Shown one piece after another: positions 39,692-47,903 of a stretch of 64,000 nt of DNA (positions are counted from its first letter, which is position 1; the number at the start of each line of letters is the position of its first letter). This DNA is from Candidatus Tectimicrobiota bacterium (GTDB lineage: Bacteria; JACPUC01). Both the position numbers and the translations under genes were made by a program. The notes beneath the pieces were generated by a model that was not told the DNA's origin, searched no databases, and saw only the letters and a program-made list of their open reading frames with translations. The stretch is taken from positions 186,001 to 250,000 of the forward strand of contig JACPUC010000003.1 of assembly GCA_016192455.1 (NCBI GenBank), read 5' to 3'.

Positions 39692-39946
39692 TTACTCGTA
39701 GCTCGCAAAACAATAGATAACCTTCATCTGATCGATTTTGAAATACACATATAACGGTGGGTTGACTCGAATCGTCGCAATTCTGTAACTCGTCCGCCCA
39801 ACGACAGGAAAAAGGTTAGGATGATTCCTAAGCACATCGTCTAAAGCACCTCTTATTTCGTCCCAGCGTTCAATCGAACCAGCAAATTCCGCAATGGTTT
39901 GCGTAAATTGCCGAGACTCAATTATTTCATAGTAGCCGCTATTCAA
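39692..39946 (-). CDS. Putative toxin downstream of the Panacea antitoxin (possibly RelE-like)
   Basis: About 84 aa, low GC, YEIIESRQF...L.NHP...LYVYFKID. TTG start inferred. Confidence 0.5.
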   Translation of the reverse strand: MNSGYYEIIESRQFTQTIAEFAGSIERWDEIRGALDDVLRNHPNLFPVVGRTSYRIATIRVNPPLYVYFKIDQMKVIYCFASYE

Positions 39947-39950
39947 CCGC

Positions 39951-40505
39951 CTAATCTCTTCCTTGGTCGAGCTTTTCAAGCTCCCTCGCCTTGGCAATTT
40001 GCCTGTCGGTCGGCGGGGCGGCGGCAATCCAACTATACGTATACGGTATCTCCTCTCCTGTGGAGGTTGCCATCCAGCCGATCTCTTGATGAGATAAAGC
40101 GCTCACCTGTGAAGCGTTGAGATGCCAGAGACGATCAATGACGCAGTCCACAATTTCCAGCTCATCCTTTGTAAATAAATCCGTTCTCGGTTGCCTCTTG
40201 GTAATAATCCTGTGTTGCTGATAATTGTGGTATTGGATGTACTCATAGACGATCGCCTCTTCTTCTATGAGAGCATCTTTAATACCCAGAAACTCGATTG
40301 GCGCTGGCCCTTCATCCAGATGCTGATAGATGGCCCATGTTATTGAGTTGCCAAGACGCCGGTATGCCTCAAAATCGGAATAATAGAGGATCTTGTTAAG
40401 TTTCACAGCCCCAAATGTATCATCATCTTTACATCTGTGGGCAATGTATAAAACCAATTCCTTAAACTTGCGTGTATTAAGACCAGCCATGTCTTTTACC
40501 GCCAC
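39951..40505 (-). CDS. Panacea domain (DUF4065/SocA) antitoxin
   Basis: KLNKILYYSDF, Y.HL..GP and SALSH...W motifs; low GC. Confidence 0.85.
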   Translation of the reverse strand: MAVKDMAGLNTRKFKELVLYIAHRCKDDDTFGAVKLNKILYYSDFEAYRRLGNSITWAIYQHLDEGPAPIEFLGIKDALIEEEAIVYEYIQYHNYQQHRIITKRQPRTDLFTKDELEIVDCVIDRLWHLNASQVSALSHQEIGWMATSTGEEIPYTYSWIAAAPPTDRQIAKARELEKLDQGRD

Positions 40506-40702
40506 CTAGATGCAATGCTCTTCGAGGTACGACCACCAAATTATTATTATACAGGGTGTATGACTTGTCAATATGAATTTACACACGTCTCGGGCAATAT
40601 CTATGCCAAGGAAGGATCAAAATATACGTCCGCCAGACATGATGGGCGCGGGGGAGCCAAGAGTAAGGAAGCCGCCATGACGTGCATCACGACGACGACG
40701 CC

Positions 40703-41428
40703 TCACCCCGTCAGCTCCGGGTAGCGCTCCAAGGCATCCTGCCACGCGGCGTCGTGGGTGGCCTGGTCGAGGGCGCCGCGCAGCAGCTCGACGCGCAGCA
40801 GCAGCAGGTAGGTCAGCAGCACATCCCGCCTGCAGTAGGCGGCGATTTCCGTCAGGCGGCCGCTCTCCCAATACTCCTGGACGAGTCCCCCGTGCAGGTC
40901 GGAGGCGCCCGGCATGCCCAGGAGCTTCGCCAGGGCCTTCAGCCCGCCCCGCAGCCGCACCGCGCCGTAGTTCGAGAGGAAGTCCTGCAGGTCGTAGTGG
41001 CCCTCTTGCGAAAAGCGGTAGCGGGCGCCGTACCGCTCCTTGAAGTAGGCCGGCGCGCTCAGTCCCAGCCGCAGCGCCTGCAGCTCCAACACCGGCAGGT
41101 CGAAGTTGCGACCGTTGTAGGTGACGATGGCGCCGCTGAAACTGGTGAGCCGCTTCCAGAACTCCCGCGCCAGGGCGGCCTCGTCCAACTCCGGCGCGCC
41201 GAGGGCCTCGATGCTGAAGAGCTTCCAGCTTCCGCCGACGCTGCCGACGCAGATGACGAAGGGACGGTGGTAGACGACCGGGAAGAACTCGCTGCCGCTG
41301 CTCGCCAGGAGTTCCTGGCGGTAGCGCGCGTAGGCCTCGTCATCGTTCAGCCCCTGGCCGGCATAGTTCACCTCGTTGACGAGCTGCTTGTCGATGCGGG
41401 TCTCAATGTCCACGATGGCGTAGGCCAT
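40703..41428 (-). CDS. PolB-like DEDD 3'-5' exonuclease
   Basis: DIET, TYNGRNFDLP, HYDL and YCRRDV motifs. Confidence 0.88.
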   Translation of the reverse strand: MAYAIVDIETRIDKQLVNEVNYAGQGLNDDEAYARYRQELLASSGSEFFPVVYHRPFVICVGSVGGSWKLFSIEALGAPELDEAALAREFWKRLTSFSGAIVTYNGRNFDLPVLELQALRLGLSAPAYFKERYGARYRFSQEGHYDLQDFLSNYGAVRLRGGLKALAKLLGMPGASDLHGGLVQEYWESGRLTEIAAYCRRDVLLTYLLLLRVELLRGALDQATHDAAWQDALERYPELTG

Positions 41429-41535
41429 GGGTGCGCCTCTTTCCCGTGGAGGAAACCGCCGAGGGCGAACCAGCGTACGGGCGAGCCACGCCGCGCGTCT
41501 CGAGGGGGTGTCTCTGCTCCCTCACAACCCGGTCC

Positions 41536-41600
41536 GCAGGGGCGGTTCGCGAACCGCCCCTGCCAGCCGGGGTGCGCGAGGGGGCACGGCTCCCTCGCCT
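41536..41600 (+). repeat. REP variant with MITE hairpin
   Basis: GCAGGGGCGGTTCGCGAACCGCCCCTGC followed by GGGGTGCGCGAGGGGGCACGGCTCCCTCGC. Confidence 0.8.
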
Positions 41601-41655
41601 CAAATCTCTCAGAAGAAGTAACCGCCGAAGCCGCGGCTTACTCTGCCGCGGCCTC

Positions 41656-43101
41656 CTACGAGCCGCCCGCCGGCTGGCGGCGCAGGTCCTTCAGGCGCTT
41701 GGCCTTGAACTCAGTCTTCGGCAGGGTGCCCCGCGGTACGAGCTGCACGCTGAAGCGCACGCCGATATGGTTGCGCAGGCTGTCCGCCAAGCGCCGTTGC
41801 AGCGCCGGCCAGTCGCTCTGCGGCACGCTTGAGAGCGGCTCCGCCTGGACGCTGATCTCGTCGAGCTCCTTGACGCGCTCGACGATGAGCTGAAACTCGT
41901 CTCCCAGCTCCTTGAAGCTGCGCACCACGTCCTCGACGCCGCTGGGGAAGACCACCAGGCCGCGGATGAGGAGCATGTCGTCGGCCCGCCCCACCAGGCC
42001 GCCGACGGCGCGCGCCAGGGTGCGCCCGCACTCGCAGGGCGCGGTGCTGATGGCGGAGTAGTCCCCCATCTCGTAGCGCGGGATGCAGGTGGCCTCGCTG
42101 TAGAGGTTCGTCACCAGGGTGATGCCGCGCTCCCCCTCCGGCAGCGGCTCGAAGGTCTGCGGATCGACGATCTCGACGATGTACATATCCTCCGGGATAT
42201 GCGGGCTGATGGGCTGCTCGGCGTAGGCCGCCTGGGGTTCGCAGGTGTAGCCGAGCATCGCCATGCCCACCTCGGTGCAGCCGAAAAAGTCGAAGCTCTT
42301 GGCGTTCCACAGGGCGTCCAGGCGGCGCTTGGTGGCCGGCACGCAGATGCCCGGCTCGCCGCCGGTGACGACGCGCGCGACGGCGCTGGCCGCCGGATCG
42401 AGGCCCATCTCCTTCATCGTCTCGCCCATGTAGAGGGCGTAGCTTGGCGTGCCGCCCCACACCGTCGGCCGGAACCAGTCGATGAAGCTGACGCGGCGCT
42501 TCGTGTCCATGCCGCCGGTGGGGATGATGGTGCAGCCGAGGAGCTGGGCGCCGTAGTGGATGCCCCAAAACCCGACGTGCGGCCCGTAGCCGAAGCAGAT
42601 GATGAACACGTCCTCCGGGCGCACCCCCATGGCCCAGAGGCCGCGGGCGTTGATGTACGGCCACACCTCCTTGTCGTGGCGCGTGTGCCAGAAGGGACGC
42701 GGCGCCATCGTCGTGCCCGAGGAGGCAAAGGCCATCCAGCCGCGTTCGCGGCGCGTCTCGGCATCCACCGGCGAGAAGTTCCCCCACGGCGGGTGCTCCT
42801 GCTGGTTCCGCACGTACTCCTTCTTCAGGGTGACGGGAATCTTCCGCAGGTCATCCACGGAGCGGATGTCGCTGGGCGTCAGGCCGGCGCGCTTGAACTT
42901 GTCGCGGTAGAAGGGGCTGCACTCGTAGAGGTAGCGGAAACTCACCTCCAGCTTCTCGCTCTGGACCTCTTTGTACTTGTCGCGGTCCGCGCACTCGAGC
43001 TCCGGGGCCCACGAGCTGCCGTCCTCGACCGCCGGCCCGGCCGGGTAGAGCATCCACTTGCGCACCACCTCCCGCCACTGCCGCCGCACGTCCGCCGCCA
43101 T
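41656..43101 (-). CDS. Phenylacetate-CoA ligase family (PaaK-like) protein
   Basis: SSGTT, GTPSY, GGEPG, GCTE, RYEMGD, GRADDM and FKAKR motifs. Confidence 0.9.
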   Translation of the reverse strand: MAADVRRQWREVVRKWMLYPAGPAVEDGSSWAPELECADRDKYKEVQSEKLEVSFRYLYECSPFYRDKFKRAGLTPSDIRSVDDLRKIPVTLKKEYVRNQQEHPPWGNFSPVDAETRRERGWMAFASSGTTMAPRPFWHTRHDKEVWPYINARGLWAMGVRPEDVFIICFGYGPHVGFWGIHYGAQLLGCTIIPTGGMDTKRRVSFIDWFRPTVWGGTPSYALYMGETMKEMGLDPAASAVARVVTGGEPGICVPATKRRLDALWNAKSFDFFGCTEVGMAMLGYTCEPQAAYAEQPISPHIPEDMYIVEIVDPQTFEPLPEGERGITLVTNLYSEATCIPRYEMGDYSAISTAPCECGRTLARAVGGLVGRADDMLLIRGLVVFPSGVEDVVRSFKELGDEFQLIVERVKELDEISVQAEPLSSVPQSDWPALQRRLADSLRNHIGVRFSVQLVPRGTLPKTEFKAKRLKDLRRQPAGGS

Positions 43102-43338
43102 ACGCTTCTCCCCGCGGGGGCGCCGAGCGCCAACCCAAACACCCCCCTCTCCTCGAGGGAAACCCACGCCTCCGTGCCGATCGAGTTGCTGATCCGACCG
43201 CCCACCGACCCGCCGCGCCAACCCCCCAAATCCCCTCACGACACGAGTCTAAGGGGAGCGCCGCCACAGCGTCAAGGTGTGGGACCTGAAACTCGATCAC
43301 TACCATGGGGTGATTTGAGGATTCGAGGGAAGGAGCGA

Positions 43339-43398
43339 GGGAAGAAGGCAGGGAAGAAGGCAGGGAAGAAGGCAGGGAAGAAGGCAGGGAAGAAGGCA
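43339..43398 (+). repeat. 12-bp tandem repeat, five units
   Basis: Perfect (GGGAAGAAGGCA)5. Confidence 0.95.
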
Positions 43399-43675
43399 AA
43401 TGCGAGGGAGCCGCGCCCCCTCGCGCACCCCACTCGCGCGAACTGCTACGCAGTTCGCGGGGGGAGCTTCTGGCTTTGCTTCTGGGAAAGCTTGATCTAA
43501 GGTATTGGAATTACAGAGTTATGAGGCTTCCTGAAGGCTTACGACCCCTGTTCGAAGGTAATCATTACTGGCCGCACTGTAACAACGCCTTCCCCAATTA
43601 ACGCCCGCCCAAAGGAGTCTTTCTCACGCCCTAGGCAATTAGACCCTGTGTGAACTCTCCACATCCTTAAACGTT

Positions 43676-44464
43676 TTATCTTTTTGCCTCTTCAACTCGG
43701 TTCGCCAGTAAGCTTAGCAGTGCGATATATTCCCGAGCTCGACCTGCTGAGTCAACCTGAACGGCATGCGCTCTGGGGTTACGGACTGCGAGCACTGCTC
43801 CCAAAAAGAGATACATTGTACCTTCCTGCTCATCTTGGTCAGTCTTATTATTGAGACCGTTAAGAGCTAAAATTGGGTTTTTTGCCGAAAACACAGTGCG
43901 CATCAGATCGGCTCCATCAAGGTCATCTCTTCCTGATTTCTCCTTAACAAGAGTTATTAAAGCTACACAGCCATCAAATACCGCATTAGAGTAATGCTCA
44001 TCTTCGTAGAGCTTTGAACAAGCTTGAGCAATACGCGGATGGAGAACAAGTGTCTCGGACAAAGAGCCAGAAAGTATACTATTGCCCTTTAGAAGATCTC
44101 CCTGTTTTTCTTCCAAGCGAGCGATGAGACCCTCCAACATTTCTACAGTTCTCGGGATTCCTATCTCAAAGTTTCGCTGGTGGCGACTTTCAGTCATGCC
44201 TATGTATACTCCGCCATACTCTATTTTATAATATTGATACTGAAGGAATTCTGGCGATGCTGTCCCAAATACCTCTCTGATTGCCTCTCGAATGTCGAAT
44301 TCGAGATTCGCGACTTTCACATCATCATGTCTTATATTCTGAAACTTCAGAGTTTTCACTTCATCAAGGCGACGACGTAATTTGGTAATACCGCTCTCAA
44401 TCTCTTTAGGTGTCAACATTTTGATCTCCACCCTGGGCCTCTCAGCTCGCATAGATTTTGCCAT
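43676..44464 (-). CDS. TIGR02391 (Ymh) family protein
   Basis: LHPRI...Y..AV...DG.DLM..VF...EQEG...LF.G....RNP.AH; low GC. Confidence 0.85.
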   Translation of the reverse strand: MAKSMRAERPRVEIKMLTPKEIESGITKLRRRLDEVKTLKFQNIRHDDVKVANLEFDIREAIREVFGTASPEFLQYQYYKIEYGGVYIGMTESRHQRNFEIGIPRTVEMLEGLIARLEEKQGDLLKGNSILSGSLSETLVLHPRIAQACSKLYEDEHYSNAVFDGCVALITLVKEKSGRDDLDGADLMRTVFSAKNPILALNGLNNKTDQDEQEGTMYLFLGAVLAVRNPRAHAVQVDSAGRAREYIALLSLLANRVEEAKR

Positions 44465-45091
44465 AGGGCTCAGCTCCTAGCCAACCTAAGCAATTTCGCC
44501 GCGAAGAAAAAGAACCGTCATTTTATAGGTATATGTAAACTAACAGTTGCAACTCTGTACTGGGATATCTGTCCGTAGCCGCAACTAGAACGTATATGTT
44601 ACCACAAATCGAACCCTGCGGCGAGTCCCAATTTGTGATCAGTCGTCCTGGCAGGAAGGAGAAGGATCTCGTCATCCTGAAGGCTTCCCTCGGCCGCCCT
44701 TGCCTCTTTAACGTGATGTCCAGGTCGTACCCACCCCCGCCCCTCCCCTCCACGTAAGGCCCAAGGCTCCCCTTCTTCCCCCCTAATGCCCATGCTTGAG
44801 CCTTCGGTTGAGGTTGTAGGCGGCGCGGATGAGGCCGAGGTGGGTGAAGGCTTGGGGGAGGTTGACCAGGGCCGCTCCGGCGTCGGCTGCCGCGCGCGCC
44901 GCCTGCCCTGCCTTTGCCGCGCCTGCCGGCCTGTGCTATCCTCTTGGCGGCTCGCGGCAAGCCGCGTCCGTCCACGGCAGGAGGGGAGGCTGGCCGCGTC
45001 GCGCCCGCGGCCGGGCTCGCCTCCGCCGCGCCGCGCCCCCATGTCCAGACCTCGGATTCCTCCTCCTCGCCAGCCAAGGGAGAGCCTCCTC

Positions 45092-46303
45092 GTGCCCGTT
45101 CCGCCCCTGCGCGGCGTGCGCGTCCTCGATCTCACGCGCATGCTCGCCGGACCCCACTGCACGCTCATCCTCGGCGATCTCGGCGCCGAGGTCATCAAGG
45201 TCGAAGCGCCGCCGGACGGCGACTTCACGCGCACCATCGGGCCGCCCTTCGCCGCCGGCGAGAGCGGCTACTTCATGAGCGTCAACCGCAACAAGCAGAG
45301 CCTCGTGCTCGACCTCAAGCAGCCCGCCGGCCGCGAGGTCTTCTTCGACCTGGTGGACGTCTGCGACGTGCTGGTGGAGAACTTCCGCGTCGGCGTCACG
45401 CGGCGCCTGGGCATCGACGCGGAGGCGGTGCGCGCCCGCAACCCGCGTCTCGTCTACTGCTCGATCTCCGGCTTCGGCCAGCACGGCCCGCTGCGCGATT
45501 TCCCCGCCTATGACCTGAGCATCCAGGCGCTGAGCGGCGGCATGAGCATCACCGGCGAGCCGCGGGGGCCGCTGGTGAAGATGGGCATCCCCATCGGCGA
45601 CCTGGGGGCCTCGCTCTACGGCGCCATCGGCATCCTCGCCGCCCTGCAGGCGCGCTCGGTCAGCGGCGAGGGGCGCACCGTCGACGTGGCGATGTTCGAC
45701 GCGAACCTGGCCCTCCTCACCTACCTGGCGGGGCCGTACTTCCTCGACGGCGAAACGAACAAGCGCCCCGAGGGCACCGGCCACCCCAACATCGTCCCCT
45801 ACCGCATGTACCCCACCCGCGACGGCCAGATCACCGTCGCCTTCATCGGCGAGGGCTTCTGGCCGATCCTCTGCGCGGCGCTGGGGCGGCCGGAACTGGC
45901 CGACGACCCGCGCTTCGCCACCAACGCCGCGCGCGTGGCGCACCGCGAGGAGGTGGACCGCTTCCTCGAAGAAGCCTTCGCCGCCTACGACGCGGAGGAG
46001 TTGGCGCAAACGCTGCTGGAGCGCGGCCTGCCCGTCGCCAAGGTGAACACCATCGACGAGGCGCTCTCCTTGCCGCACGTCGCCGAGCGCGCCATGGCGA
46101 TCGTGCTGCGGCACCCGCGCAGCGGGCCGATCACCGCCCTCGGCAACCCCGTGAAGATGGCGGGGATCGAGGAGGCGGACTTCGCCCCGCCGCCGCTCCT
46201 CGGCCAGCACACGCGGCGCATCCTCGGCGAGCTGCTCCACTACGACGCCGCCCGCATCGAGGAGCTCGAAGCGGGCGGCGTCATCCGTTGCGCGGCGTCC
46301 TGA
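45092..46303 (+). CDS. CoA-transferase family III (CaiB/BaiF)
   Basis: LRGVRVLDL, LGDLGAEVIKVE, NRNKQSL, ENFR and PPLLGQHT motifs. Confidence 0.93.
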   Translation: MPVPPLRGVRVLDLTRMLAGPHCTLILGDLGAEVIKVEAPPDGDFTRTIGPPFAAGESGYFMSVNRNKQSLVLDLKQPAGREVFFDLVDVCDVLVENFRVGVTRRLGIDAEAVRARNPRLVYCSISGFGQHGPLRDFPAYDLSIQALSGGMSITGEPRGPLVKMGIPIGDLGASLYGAIGILAALQARSVSGEGRTVDVAMFDANLALLTYLAGPYFLDGETNKRPEGTGHPNIVPYRMYPTRDGQITVAFIGEGFWPILCAALGRPELADDPRFATNAARVAHREEVDRFLEEAFAAYDAEELAQTLLERGLPVAKVNTIDEALSLPHVAERAMAIVLRHPRSGPITALGNPVKMAGIEEADFAPPPLLGQHTRRILGELLHYDAARIEELEAGGVIRCAAS

Positions 46304-46315
46304 GCGCCGGCGTCG

Positions 46316-47734
46316 TCAGTCGCTGAAGCCGTAGCCCTCCCAGACCTCGTCGACGCGCTCCATGTGCGCCTTCGGCGGCAGGGAGACGGGGGGATAGCGG
46401 TGCTTCTTGGTGGCGTCGATGCCCACCTTCGAGCCGAGCATCTTCTGCTTCGCGTCCTGCCTCACGTCGAGGTCGCCGATCGAGGGATCGAGGCGCACCG
46501 CCACGGTGTCGCGCGCCACGTAGACATCCCGCTCCGGCTGCATGCGGAAGCTCATCGCCCACTCGAGCTGGAAGGTGTCGCGCACGTCGATGTCGTCATC
46601 GACGATGACCGTGATCTTGCCCAGCGACGGCTCGATGGCCCACGCCCCCCACATCGCTTGCCGCGCCTGGCCGTCGTAGTCCTTCTTCATCGAGATGGCG
46701 AGGAAGGCCGCCGAGCCGCCGCTGTGCTTCAGGTGCACGTCGCGCACCTGCAGCCCGAGCTCCTGCCGCAGGTGCTTGTAGATGCCCATCTCCCGCCCGA
46801 AGCCGCGGATGGTGCTGCTCTCCGACGGCGGCATCTGGCTGATGAAGGCGTGGTAGATCGGCTCGTTGCGGTGGGTGATGCAGCTCACCTCGATGACGTG
46901 CGAGGCGCCGGGCGGGCCCATGTAGCCGGTGTACTCGCCGAAGGGGCCCTCCTCCTCGCGGAAGGCCGGGTCGATCCAGCCTTCGATGACGATCTCCGCG
47001 TGCGCCGGCACCTGCAGGGGCACGGTCTCGCAGCGCACGAGTTGCAGCGGCTTGCCGCGCAGACCGCCGGCGACGGCGAACTCGTCCTGCCGCACCGGCA
47101 CCTTGGCCACCGAGCAGAGGCCGATGCAGGGCTCCGTGCCGAGCACCACCGCCACCGGCACGCGCTCGCCACGCGCCTCGTACTTCCTCAGGTGGAGCTG
47201 CATGTTCTGCGTCTCCCCCACCCACAGGCCGGTGCGGTTCTTGCCCTTGATCTGCACCCGGTAGGTGCCGACGTTGCGCTGCTTCGTCTCCGGGTCGATG
47301 GAGCAGACCTGCGGCGCCGTCAAGTAGGGGCCGGGGTCTTCGCCGACGGTCCAGACCGGCACCGGAAACTTGCCGAGATCGACGGCATCGCCGGTGAGGA
47401 TGTTCTCCTTGCAGGGGCCGCTGTCGACGATCTCCGGCGGGATGGGGTTGCGCAGGGCCTGCTCCCAGCGCTCCATGATCTGCTGCGGCTCGGCGGAGAG
47501 CGCCATGGCGTAGACGGCCCGCGAGGCCCCCAGCACCCCGGCGGCGATCGGGATGGAGTAGCCCTTGACGTTCTCGAACAGCAGGGCCGGTCGCTTCTCA
47601 TCCGGGATACGCTGGAAGACGCGCTTGCCGACCGCGGAGACCTCCCAATCCTTATCGACGGCACGCTTGATGTGGTGCAGCTTACCGGCCGCATCGAGGG
47701 CCCGCAGATAGTGGCGCAGATCGTCGTAGGCCAT
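46316..47734 (-). CDS. UbiD family decarboxylase
   Basis: DPGPY, NVGTYR, EGPFGEYTGY, VDDDID and GIDAT motifs. Confidence 0.93.
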   Translation of the reverse strand: MAYDDLRHYLRALDAAGKLHHIKRAVDKDWEVSAVGKRVFQRIPDEKRPALLFENVKGYSIPIAAGVLGASRAVYAMALSAEPQQIMERWEQALRNPIPPEIVDSGPCKENILTGDAVDLGKFPVPVWTVGEDPGPYLTAPQVCSIDPETKQRNVGTYRVQIKGKNRTGLWVGETQNMQLHLRKYEARGERVPVAVVLGTEPCIGLCSVAKVPVRQDEFAVAGGLRGKPLQLVRCETVPLQVPAHAEIVIEGWIDPAFREEEGPFGEYTGYMGPPGASHVIEVSCITHRNEPIYHAFISQMPPSESSTIRGFGREMGIYKHLRQELGLQVRDVHLKHSGGSAAFLAISMKKDYDGQARQAMWGAWAIEPSLGKITVIVDDDIDVRDTFQLEWAMSFRMQPERDVYVARDTVAVRLDPSIGDLDVRQDAKQKMLGSKVGIDATKKHRYPPVSLPPKAHMERVDEVWEGYGFSD

Positions 47735-47903
47735 GGTCGTTCTCCAGGCTGAGAGACGCCGTGCTCAAAATCCCGCGCTTCATGCCGCGGGGCGTGTTGG
47801 AATCGTCCCCCGGCCGCGCGGCTACGTCGGGGCAATCCGCGAGATCGGCGAAATCTGCGGACGAACCTCCCGCCTACGTGGGAATCGCTCCCCAGCCGCG
47901 CGG

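Noticed and set aside
41449-41635. Further flanking direct repeat (GAGGAAACCGCCGAGG versus GAAGTAACCGCCGAAG)
   Set aside because: Too short and mismatched to distinguish from chance in high-GC DNA.
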